In this document: one piece after another, positions 1-10,626 of the stretch | How the letters are laid out: the number at the start of each line of letters is the position of its first letter | Numbering within the stretch: the first letter of the stretch is position 1 | NCBI RefSeq assembly: GCF_000143415.4 | Contig: NW_003314292.1 | Span: 1,061,498 to 1,125,497, forward strand | Source of the DNA: Selaginella moellendorffii | Taxonomy: Eukaryota; Plantae; Lycopodiophyta | DNA: 64,000 nucleotides | Reading direction: 5' to 3' | Notes under the pieces: generated by a model | Seen by the model: only the letters and a program-made list of their open reading frames with translations | What the model was told of the DNA's origin: nothing | Database searches by the model: none | Made by a program: the position numbers and the translations under genes

Positions 1-35
1 TAGCCTACGACATCTCGGGGAGTCGGTTCCTTACA
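1..35 (-). repeat. First 35 nt of the 3' LTR of copy 1
   Basis: Near-identical to 6335-6369; reads TGTAAGGAACC on the minus strand, directly after the PPT. Confidence 0.9.
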
Positions 36-36
36 A

Positions 37-47
37 CTCCACCACCC
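37..47 (-). promoter_or_regulatory. Polypurine tract of copy 1 (GGGTGGTGGAG)
   Basis: Purine-rich tract abutting the 3' LTR; the same tract lies at 9563-9573 in copy 2. Confidence 0.8.
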
Positions 48-777
48 ATAGAAAAAGTTCGATGCCCACATCAAACGTCTCTTTTTATCCTACGACTTGT
101 TGACCATGTCTCCGGGGGCATCCCCCCACTTAGCGGTGTGCCTAAGTTAGCCTCCCCGGCCAAGAGCCCATGACAACGAAATATAGGTGTCCCTATACCC
201 CTCACCTCACCACGCCCTAGTATGGGGTCGGGACTTGAACCCAGCCTTGCTTTACTAGGGGGTTGGGACTCGAACCCAACCTCCGTAGAATACGTCTACG
301 AAGTTGACCTATCCAACCCATGCTAATTAGCTTACCTTCGGCGCGCCTTCGGGTCCCAACATATGCCACTTGCTCAACTTTGCAAATTGATGTTTTTAAT
401 TGAACTTTGCATAAGTACAGAGAGTTCTGCCTTGCAGAAATTCCTCCACTAGATCTCGCACGTTCGCTAGGTTCTCCTCTAGTTCCCATGTTGCTTTGCA
501 GTGTGGAAATCCTTCCCACTTCACATGGAACTCTCTCACCTCGCGTCCTTGTCACTTGCTCTTGCGCGCATTGAGGATGGCCTCGACTTCGTATTCCTCT
601 TCCCCTTGAATAACCTCAGGTAAAGGTCTCACTTGGTCCTTGCGAAGCGGATCCTCAAAGTACGGCTTGAGTAAGTTCACGTGGAACACTGGGTGCATCT
701 TCCCCATCTCTCGAGGAAGTCGGAGACGGTAAGCCACTTTACCGATTTGTGCCTCAATCTCGTAAGGCCCCGCGAAC

Positions 778-829
778 CTGCTTAAGGAACTCAAGATCAA
801 TTCATTTACAGGAATACATGCATCTTTAG
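778..829 (-). other. Intron B in integrase of copy 1 (52 nt, donor reads CT)
   Basis: Removal restores KLTQR/FAGPY; ends in CAG. The copy 2 homologue has an intact GT donor. Confidence 0.75.
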
Positions 830-1247
830 CTTTGGGTCAACTTTCGGCTGATCCCACTTGGTAGTCTGAGGTTCTTGGTGTTCAGCCACACCTTCTCCCC
901 AGCTTGGAACTCTACATCCCGACGCTTCCGGTTCGCGTATTTGGTTTGCCTTTGTTGAGCCTGTTCCAAGGAATCCCTCACTAGATTCCAAATGCTGAAT
1001 CTTTCTGCCGTGAATGCCTCCATTGCGGGCAACTCTCCATGATACTCGGCCACGCCGAGTTCCACAGGACCTTTAATAGCTCGCCCATTGATGACTTCCC
1101 ATGGACTCACCCCGATACTCGAATGTGGTGAGTTGTTATAACACATTTCCGCAAGTCCTAAATAACTTACCCAATCGGTTTGGTCTCCCGAGACATAGCA
1201 TCGCAAATAATCCTCCAGCTGCCTATTCACCCTTTCCGTTTGTCCGT

Positions 1248-1293
1248 CTGTCAAGAAGTGTTAATGCCAACAACTTGACTTAATACCCCATAC
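1248..1293 (-). other. Intron A in integrase of copy 1 (46 nt, GT-AG)
   Basis: GTATGG...TTGACAG; removal restores the canonical HPQTDGQTERVN motif. Confidence 0.85.
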
Positions 1294-4200
1294 CTGTCTG
1301 TGGGTGATAGGCTGTGCTGAATTTCAACTTGGTGCGATACTATTCCAGGAGAGTCCTCTAAAACCTACTGGTGAAGATCTTATCTCGATCTGAGATGATC
1401 TCTTCCGGTCTTCCCCGCACTTGAACCACTTGTTTGAAGAATAGCTTCGCCACACCTTCCGCATCCACCTCCGTTGTGGTGGGTATGAAATGTGCCATTT
1501 TCAAAAATCGGTCCACCACCACGAATATCGCATCAAACCCCTCGCTTGGGGGGAGTCCCGTGATGAAGTCCATCGTAAGACATTTCCACGGACAATCTGG
1601 AATTGGGATGCTTTGCAACAAGCCCCCACTAGCCTTAGTCACGGCTTTTACCTGCTGACATTTTGGACATGTCTTTACATAGTCTTGGACATCCTTAGCC
1701 ATATCTGGCCAATGGTACTTCCTCTTGAGTAAGCCCATTGTCTTGGGCACTCCGCCGTGTCTTGCAAGAGGTCTGTCATGACACTCTTCTAAGGCTACCT
1801 TCCTTAGTTCCCCTTTTGGAACATACACCCTCGTTTGCTTGTAATAGATGAGTCTGTTGCGTTCTGCATAGCCCGTTTTCTCTTCTGTTGGCAGCTCACC
1901 TCTCTGGTGAGCTTCCCGTGCCTCTAGATTCCTCAGGAACACTTCTTGTGCTAGACCATCGTTCTCATATGCTGCCCGCACATCATTCCAGAAGGTTGCT
2001 GTTGCGCTGGATATTGCCAACCTCAAGCTCACTTTTCGACTTAGTGCATCCGCCCCGATGTTGCTCTTCCCAGGCTTGTACAGAATTTCGCAATCAAACT
2101 CGGCCAAGGCATTGGCCCACCGACCTTGTTTCCCTCTCAGGTCGGGCTGTGACAAGAAGTGTTTCGTTGCCACATTGTCCGTATAAACCTTGAAGTGTCT
2201 CCTAAGGTAGTGTCACCACTCCTTGAGCGCCTTGACCACCGCAAATAATTCCTTCTTGTGGGTAGGCCACTTCCGTTGAGCCTTGTCCAACTTCTTCGAG
2301 AAGAACACTACCGGATGGTTGTCTTGCTTCAAAACTGCGCCTAACACAAAGTCTGAAGCATCCGTTTCTACCTCAAAGTCCTTACCAAAGTCTGGTAATG
2401 CCAATACGGGAGCCTTCCTCAACTTCCCTTTGAGGTGGACGAATGCCGCCTCGCATTCCGCTGTCCATACCATCTTCCCTTTTCTTGTTTGGTCTGTTAA
2501 GGGCAGGGCTACTCTCGAATAGTGTCTGATAAACTTTCGATAGTAGTTGCATAGCCCCAAGAATGCCCTCAACTCGTGTACATTCAATGGTCACTCCCAT
2601 TCCTAGATCGCTTGGACCTTTTCCGGGTCCACCTTGAGCCCATCCTGGCCCACCACATGCCCGAGAAACTTTACCTCTTGTTGAGCAAAGTCACATTTGC
2701 TCTCCTTGGTATACAATTTGTGTTCCTTTAGTTTCTCAAACACCTTCACCAAGTGTTCGGCATGCTCCTTTAGCGTCTCACTATAGATCAGGATGTAGAT
2801 GACCATGAAGTGATTCAGATAGGGTACAAAGATGTCGTTCATCAGCATTGAAAACATTGCCGGCGCATTGCACAGCCTAAAGGGCATCATTAGAAACTCA
2901 AAGCTCCCATACCTTGTTCGACAGGTTGTCTTCTCAACATCTTCCTCGGCTACCCTGATCTGGTAGTATCCTGACCTTAGGTCAATCCTCGAGAAGTATT
3001 TTGCCTTTCCCAACCTATCGAACAGGTCCTCAATCCTGAGGAAAGGGTACTTGTTCTTCTTTGTATACTTGTTGAGCAACCGGTAGTCTATGCACATGCG
3101 CATAGATCCATCTTTCTTTTTCACAAATAACACCGGCGCCCCATATGGCGATTTGCTCAACCAAACATACACTTTGTCCACCAACTCCTCCAGTTGGCGC
3201 TTGAGCTCCTTAAGTTCTTTCTCGTTCAAACAATAGGGGGGACAAACCATCACCTCAGCACCCTCGACCAGCTCAATCTTATGTTCTATCGGTCGTGCGG
3301 GGGGCAACCCCGCCGGTAACTCCTCCGGCATGGTATCCTGGAATTGGTCCAACACCCATTGGATCACTAAAGGTACTTCTTCCGTTCCTGTCTTTTTGTC
3401 ACTCTTCACCGAAAGTAAGCACAAAAATGCTGCCTTAGTTCCTTTAGTGAGTTGTCCTCTCGTGGACACCAAGTTTAAGCAAGATTCTTTGGCCTGGCTT
3501 TGCCCTACCTTTAGATCCTGGGCCTCCACCCTGGACCTTCTTCCTTGGGCATTCGCCAGTACCACAAGGTTTCTACCTTGTCCATGCAGGGCTACCACGA
3601 ACCGATTGAACCAGTCCATTCCGAAGATCACGTCAAATCCTGCCATGTCTAACACGGTGAAATCCATGTCCACTTTCCATGTCCCTACTTCGACTCTCGC
3701 TTGTCGAAGTACCTCATCGGTGCTTTGGCTACCTTGAATAAACTCTATAGTCCTTGGTTTGCCTAGCCGCTGCACCGTTAGTCCGGCTTGCCGAACTATG
3801 TCTGCAGCCACAAAATTATTCAAAGCACCCGTGTCAATAAGGATCTTAACAAAGCTACCTCCGAGCTTCCCCCGGAGGGCTAGTAGATGTCCCGAACGAC
3901 TCTCTACCAAAGTTGCTAGTGTAATGAGTAACTTTGAGTTAGGGACTGGATCACATACCTTAGTTTGGACTTCACCCGACTTGATGGCCATATTGGCTTT
4001 GGCCTTCTTCGGGTAAGGACATTCCCTTAAAAAGTGTCCCACTTCACCGCAGTTGTAGCATATGTTGTTTCCCACGCTGCTATACGACTCGACCTTTTTA
4101 TCCATGGGTTTGTCTCTTTTCGCTTGACTCCCCCACGTACTCGCTCGCTGGCCACTAGATTTGCCTTTCCGGAACCCCGAGGACTCATTCTTAGAGAAAC

Positions 4201-5203
4201 TCTTCTTGAATTTCCCTCTGCTAAACATTCCCCTTGGTTTGGCCCCTTTGCTAAATGTGGATCCCGACCCCGTCGTGTTCCCCTTTCGCAGGTTATCGTT
4301 GAAATGCACCTTGATGGCCGCATCCAACGCTTCCTTGTAGTTGGTCGAGTTCCACCGCATCACTTCACCGTGAGCCCAGGTTTGAAAACCTGATATGAAG
4401 GCATGGAACGCATCCATATCCCCCATGTCCGTGACAAGTATCCTCTTTGCCATAAACCCATTCACATACTCCTGAATGGTTCCAGTCTGCTTCAGCCTAC
4501 TCAGCTCGTCCCTTAGATATGCAGAGTAGCATTCGGAGGAACGTAAATTGCGCGGATCCTCGCCTTTATCATTTCCCAAGTGGCCACCGGTCCTTCGTTG
4601 GCCTCTGTCTTTTTCCACCAAGACTTGGCATTATCTGCCAAGTATGGTTTTGCACATGGGACTTTCTCCGAGCTTGGTAATCGCAACGCTCGGAAATAGT
4701 CCTCCATATTGTAAAACCAATCCTCCACCACCTTATAGTCATTCACTCCCTTGAAGACCGGTGGGGGCTTTGGTTTGTACTTGGGAACTGCCTGAGGGAC
4801 TGATTCCACTTCGGTCTGTTCGACCTTGTCTGGTTTTACCTCAGTCCCTACCGAAGGGTCCGCACCTTCTGCTCTGCCAGCATCCGCAGTCTTTCGCTTT
4901 TTCTTCCGCTTCTCATCACGCTTTAGCTTGCATACGAGAGTCTCCAGTAGGGCATTGGTCTGCACCAATTGTCCTTCTAGAACATCCAATCGAGCCTTGG
5001 ACAACCGAACCTCGCCACCGGACTCCTGCTTGGAAGTTTCCTCACTGGAGTCCTCCTCGTGCAAGGATTCCTCATCCATAGCCTCTTGTTCGACCGGAGG
5101 CTCTAGCTCTGGCGGAGGTTCCATCTCCGCCTGGGTTCGCTTATGCCCTGCCCTTGCTATTTCCCAGCAATCCGCCTCTATCCTTCATTAGAACTGAGGA
5201 AAA

Positions 5204-5216
5204 GGCTCCGATACCA
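5204..5216 (-). promoter_or_regulatory. Primer binding site (initiator tRNA-Met type)
   Basis: TGGTATCGGAGCC, 3 nt downstream of the LTR terminal CA. Confidence 0.88.
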
Positions 5217-5219
5217 AAT

Positions 5220-6369
5220 TGTAAGCCACAAATTTTTCCTTTCCAATTTGCCAGCTTACCTCGCTATCCGACCAACTTTGCCTTGGCTTGTGCTAAGTTC
5301 CCTCACCAAAGTTCTCGCCTATGGTACCAGCTCCTACTTGGTCCTACTTGGTTTCAGCTACTCACTGCACGAGCAACGGAGTGTTAGCCATCCATCTACG
5401 GATTCCCAAATCTCTCCCAATCCCCCTCCCCGGGTTAGACTGGACTTAAGGTTTGGCTACACTCCCCGCAAGCATAAGCAGCCAAGCACACCAAGCCTCC
5501 AGATTCCTAACACCCCTTGCTACCACAAGACTTGATCATGGGACCCTCTAAATCCCAAGCCTTGGGTGCAACACTTGCTTCGGGACGTCGGGGAGAAACA
5601 CCGTGGCCTACCGGCCCGGTATGGGTACCTCTACCCTCCCACTTCCATCCCGAAGGGAAGGCCCAAGCCCCTAGGAAGGGTGAGGACCAATGAGCCACAA
5701 GGTACTCAAGTGGGGCACCACTCCACATGAGCCGGGAGCATCGCAGTCGGTTTCCCTTTCGGGAGTGGGAGCTGCTCTTGAGCACTTCCCTGGGTGGCCC
5801 CTCCGGCACCACTCAAGCCCATGCTCACTCTCACCCAAGGCCCCTCGACCCTAGTCTCAACCTCAAGTCGGTTTGGAAGCCGCACTAGAGAGTTCCTTCA
5901 AGACTGGTTCCTAGACCTCACTATCCCTACTATACTTTTGGAACCCCCTGCACCCCCTTCCCCCCCCCGCCCCCCCCCCCCCCGGGAGACACACGCTTTG
6001 GGCTTTCACCCCTTGAGCTGTATTAGTATGTGGACTTAGTCTCAGAATTGATCTCAGACTCGATCTCGGACCCGACTTCGGACTCGGTCTCGGACTCGAT
6101 CTCGGACCTGATCTCAAACTCGACTTCAGACTCGACTTTGGGCTCGGTCTTAGACCTGATTTGGATCTCGGACTCCGTCTCGAACTCGGTCTCGATCTCG
6201 GTCTCCGATTTGGCCTCGGCTCGATCCCGGACTCTATCTCAAACTCGGTCTCAGAGTCGGTCTTGGACTCGATCTTCGACTCGGTCCCATCCGATGAACT
6301 CTTTGTCATTTCAGTCAAGCTTTCGGGGATCCTTTAGCCTACGACATCTTGGGGAGTCAGTTCCTTACA
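5220..6369 (-). repeat. 5' LTR of copy 1 (~1150 bp)
   Basis: TGTAAG...TTACA termini; homologous to 9575-10626 and 1-35. Confidence 0.92.
6040..6290. repeat. Degenerate ~12-bp minisatellite within the LTR (GATCTCGGACTC-like)
   Basis: Tandem CpG-rich units; the counterpart at ~9660-9895 has a different unit order. Confidence 0.85.
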
Positions 6370-8272
6370 AAGAGTTGGTGGACAAAAGGTATGTTAGGTT
6401 GAGCAAGTCACCATATGGGGCGCCGGTGTTATTTGTGAAAAAGAAAGATGGATCTATGTGCATGTGCATAGACTACCAGTTGCTCAACAAGTATACAAAG
6501 AAGAACAAGTACCCTTTCCTCAGGATTGAGGACCTGTTCGATAGGTTGGGAAAGGCAAAATACTTCTCGAGGATTGACCTAAGGTCAGGATACTACCAGA
6601 TCAGGGTAGCCGAGGAAGATGTTGAGAAGACAACCTGTCGAACAAGGTATGGGAGCTTTGAGTTTCTAATGATGCCCTTTAGGCTGTGCAATGCGCCGGC
6701 AATGTTTTCAATGCTGATGAACGACATCTTTGTACCCTATCTGAATCACTTCATGGTCATCTACATCCTGATCTATAGTGAGACGCTAGAGGAGCATGTC
6801 GAACACTGGACAAAGGTGTTTGAGAAACTAAGGGAACACAAATTATATGCTAAAGAGAGCAAATGTGACTTTGCTCAACAAGAGGTAAAATTTCTCAGGC
6901 ATGTGGTGGGCCAGGACGAGCTCAAGGTGGACCCTAAGAAGGTCCAAGCGATCTAGGAATGGAAGCGACCATCGAATGTACATGAGTTGAGGGTGTTCTT
7001 GGGGCTATGCAACTACTACCGAAAGTTTATCAAACACTATTCGAGAGTAGCCCTACCCTTAATGAACCAAACAAGTAAAGGGAAGATGGTATGGACAGCA
7101 AAATGCGAGGGGGCATTTGTCCACCTCAAAGGGAAGTTGAGGAAGACACCCGTGTTAGCGTTACCCGACTTTGGTAAGGACTTTGAGGTAGAAACAGATG
7201 CTTTAGACTTTGTGTTGGGCGCAGTTTTGAAGCAAGACAACCATCCAGTGGCATTCTTCTCGAAGAAGTTGAACAAGGCTCAGCGAAAGTGTCTGCCCAC
7301 AAGAAGGAATTATTTGCGGTGGTCAAGGCGCTCAAGGAGTGGTGACACTACCTTGGGAGGCATTTCAAAGTTTACACGGATAATGTGGCAACGAAACACT
7401 TCTTGTCACAACCCGACCTAAAAGGGAAACAAAGTCGGTGGGTCAATGCTTTGGCTGAGTTTGATTGCGAGATTTTATATAAACCTGGGAAGAGCAACAT
7501 CGTGGCAGATGCTCTAAGTCGAAAAACAAGCTTGAAGTTGGCAATATCTAGCGCAATAGCAACCTTTTGGGATGATGTGCAAACAGTGTATGAGAATGAT
7601 GGACGAGCACAAGAAGCTCACAAGGTGTTGCTGAGGAACCAAGAGGCACGAGAAGCTCACAAGAGAGGTGAGTTGCCAACATAAGAGAAAACAAGTTATG
7701 CAGAACACAATGGACTCATCTATTATAAACAAATGAGGTGTATGTTCCAGAAGGGGTACTAAGGAAGATAGCCTTAGAAGAGTGTCATGATAGACCTCTT
7801 GCAGGACACAGTGGAGTGCCCAAGACGATGGGCTTACTCAAGAGGAAGTATCACTGGCCAGATATGGCTAAGGATGTCCAAGACTATATAAAGATATGTC
7901 TAACATGTCAGCAGGTCAAAGCCGTGACTAAGGCTAGTGGGGGTTTGTTACAAAGCATCCCAATTCCAGATCAGCCGTGGAAATATCTTATGATAGACTT
8001 CATCATGAGACTCCTCCCAAGCAAGGGGTTCGATACAATATTCGTGGTAGTGGACCGATTTTCGAAGATGGCACATTTCATACCCACCACAACGGAAGTG
8101 GATGTGGAAGGTGTGGCAAAGCTGTTTTTCGAACAAGTGGTTTGAGTGCAGGGAAGGCCAGAAGAAATCATCTCAGATCGAGATAAGATCTTCACCAGTA
8201 GGTTCTGGAGAACTCTCCTGAAACAGTATCGCACCAAGTTGAAATTCAACATAGCCTATCACCCACAGACAG

Positions 8273-8319
8273 GTATTGGGTATTAAGTTAAGTTTGATGG
8301 CACTAACACTTCTTGACAG
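8273..8319 (+). other. Intron A in integrase of copy 2 (47 nt, GT-AG)
   Basis: GTATTG...CACTAAC (branch-point consensus, 8301-8307)...GACAG; splicing gives HPQTDGQMERVN. Confidence 0.87.
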
Positions 8320-8737
8320 ATGGACAAATGGAAAGGGTGAATAAGCAGTTGGAGGATTATTTGCGATGTTATGTCTCGGGAGACCAAACCGATTGGGTAA
8401 GTCATTTAGGACTTGCGGAAATGTGCTATAACAACTCACCACACTTGAGTATCAGGGTGAGTCCATGAGAAGTCATCAATGGGCGAGTTATTGAAGGTCT
8501 TATGGAACTTGGCATGGTCGAGTATCATGGAGAGTTTCCCGCAGTGGAGGCATTCACAATGAAAAGACTCAACATTTGGAATCTAGTGAGGGATTCTTTG
8601 GAACAAGCTCAACAAAGGCAAACCAAGTACGTGAACCAAAAGTGCCGAGATGTAGAATTCCAAACTAGGGAGAAGGTGTGGCTGAACACCAAGAACCTCA
8701 GGCTACCAAGTGGGATCAGTCGAAAGTTGACCCAAAG

Positions 8738-8789
8738 GTAAAAATGCATGTATTCCTATAAATGAGTTGATCTTGATTTCCTTAAGTAG
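8738..8789 (+). other. Intron B in integrase of copy 2 (52 nt, GT-AG)
   Basis: AG|GTAAAA...TAG|G; splicing gives KLTQRFVGPY. Confidence 0.83.
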
Positions 8790-9574
8790 GTTCGTGGGGC
8801 CTTACAAGATTGAGGCACGAATCAGTAAAGTGGCTTACCGTCTCCGACTTCTTCGAGAGATGGGGAAGATGCACCTAGTGTTCCACGTGAACTTACTCAA
8901 GCCATACTTTGAGGATCCACTTCACAAGGACCAATTAAGTCTTTTACCTGAGATTATTCAAGGGAAAGAGGGAATACGAAGTTGAGGCCATCCTCAATGC
9001 GTGCAAAAGCAAGCGATAAGGACGCGAGGTGAGAAAGTTCCATGTGAAATGGAAAGGATTTCCACACTGCGAAGCAACATGGGAACCAAAGGAGAACCTA
9101 GCAAACGCGCGAGATCTAGTGAAGGAATTTCTACAAGGCAAAACTCTATGTACTTATACAAAGTTTAATTAAAGTATCAATTTGCGAAGTTGAGCAATGG
9201 CATATGTTGGGATCCAAAGACGCATCGAAGGTAAGCTAATAAGCATAGGTTAGCTAAGTCAACTAGGCATAAGGAACTACACCCGACTCCCCACGGGGAT
9301 GTCGAATCCGTAGATGTATTCTATGGAGATTGGGTTTGAGTCCCAACCCCCTAGTAAAGCAAGGCTAGGTTCAAGTCCCGACCCCATACTAGGGCGTGGT
9401 GAAGTGAGGGGTATAAGGACATTTATATTCCGTTGTCATGGGCTCTTGGCCGGGGAGGTTAACTTAGGCACACCGCTAAGTGGGGGGATGCCCCCGGAGA
9501 CATGGGCAACAAGTCATAGGATTAAAAAGAGGCATTCGATGTGGGTATCGAACTTCTTCTATGGGTGGTGGAGT

Positions 9575-10248
9575 TGCAAGGAACCAACTCCCTGAGGTGT
9601 CGTAGGCTAAAGGATCCCCGAAAGCACGACCGAAATGGTAAAGAGTTCATCGGATGGGACCGAGTCCGAGATCGAGTCCAAGACCGACTCTGAGACCAAG
9701 TTCGAGATAGAGTTCGAGATCGAGTCCGAGGCTGACTCCGAGACCAAGTTCGAGACTGAGTTTGAGACTAAGTTCGAGACAGAGTCCGAGATCCGAGATC
9801 GGGTTCGAGACCGAGTCCGAGGTCAAGTCCAAAGTCGAGTCCGAGATCAGGTCCAAGGTCGAGTCCGAGATCAAGTCCAAGACCGAGTCCGAGTACTAAT
9901 ACAAGTCAAGGGGTGAAAGCCCAAAGCGTGTGTCTCCTAAGGGGGGGGACTACAGGGGGTTCCAAAAGTATAGTAGGGATAGTGAGGTCTAGGAACCAAT
10001 CTTGAAGGAACTCTCTAGTGGTGATTCCAAACTGATTTGAGGTTGAGACTAGGGCCGAGGGGCCTTGGGTGGGAGTGGGCATGACTAAGCAGCCAAGCAT
10101 ACCAAGCTTCCAAATTCCTAACCTCCCTTGGTATAACAAGACTTGATCATGGGACCCTCTAAATCCCAAGCCTTAGGTGCAACACTTGCTTCGGGACACT
10201 GAGGCGAAACACCATGGTTTAACGGCCTAGTATAGGTACCTCTACCCC

Positions 10249-10279
<31 letters not shown>

Positions 10280-10626
10280 CTTCCATCCTGAAGGGAAGCC
10301 CAAGCCCCTAGGAAGGACGAGGACCAATGAGCCGCAAGGTACTCAAGTGAGGCACCACTCCACATGAGTTGGGAGAACCGCAGTCGATTTCCCTTCCGGG
10401 AGTGGGAGCTACTCTTGAGCACTTCCTTGGATGACCCCTCTGGCACCACCCGATGGCTAACGCTCCGTTACTCGTACAATAAGTAGCTGAAACCAAGTAG
10501 AACCAAATAGGAGCTGGTACAATAGGCGGGAACCTTGGCGAGGGAACTTAGCTAAAGCCAAGGCAGTGTTGGGTTGGATAGACAAGGTAAGCTGGCAAAT
10601 TAGAAAGGAAAAATTTGTGGCTAACA
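9575..10626 (+). repeat. 3' LTR of copy 2
   Basis: TG after the PPT, ending TGTGGCTAACA; homologous to 5220-6369 except for an internal inversion. Confidence 0.9.

Larger units (their letters stand above)
396..5124 (-). pseudogene. gag-pol polyprotein of copy 1, disrupted
   Basis: ORF pieces 4513-5124, 2603-4621, 2213-2587, 1358-2173, 826-1254 and 552-800. Frameshift near 4515, several stops, and RT YxDD deleted (VIY-ILIYS). The chromodomain (EYEVEAIL..VKWKG..TWE) frame ends at TAA 396-398. Confidence 0.92.
1..6369 (-). mobile_element. Ty3/Gypsy chromovirus LTR retrotransposon, copy 1 (defective; 3' LTR runs off the window start)
   Basis: Order on the minus strand: 5' LTR (TG..CA), tRNA-Met PBS, gag with CCHC knuckle ([14 protein letters not shown]), protease (LIDTGA), RT, RNase H, integrase, chromodomain, PPT, start of 3' LTR. 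The [14 protein letters not shown] motif resembles Galadriel-type chromoviruses (inference). Confidence 0.96.
6370..9172 (+). pseudogene. pol remnant of copy 2
   Basis: ORFs ending 6956, 6987-7421, 7385-7684, 7738-8145, 8502-8741 and 8767-8985; many stops and frameshifts. Confidence 0.9.
6370..10626 (+). mobile_element. Ty3/Gypsy chromovirus copy 2 (3' part; interrupted in RT by copy 1)
   Basis: RT frame ELVDKRYV begins directly after the copy 1 LTR boundary, followed by RNase H, integrase, chromodomain, PPT and LTR; roughly 90% similar to copy 1 by eye. Confidence 0.94.

Noticed and set aside
226-290. tRNA gene suggested by GGTTCGAGTCC
   Set aside because: No acceptor stem, D arm or 7-nt anticodon loop; kept only as a tRNA-like structure finding.
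330-432. Possible third (GC-AG) intron and extra exon after the chromodomain
   Set aside because: Both copies end naturally at the same TAA without splicing, and no conserved motif is restored.
5984-6030. Twister/pistol-ribozyme-like words (UAAUACAGC...GGUGAAAGCCC...AAGCG) in the LTR
   Set aside because: The catalytic G-A, P1 and pseudoknot partners are missing; a simple GAAA hairpin explains it.
5911-6360. Ser/Arg/Glu-rich ORFs and a CRISPR-like look in the LTR repeats (also 9635-9916)
   Set aside because: Translations of a minisatellite; no unique spacers; eukaryotic context.
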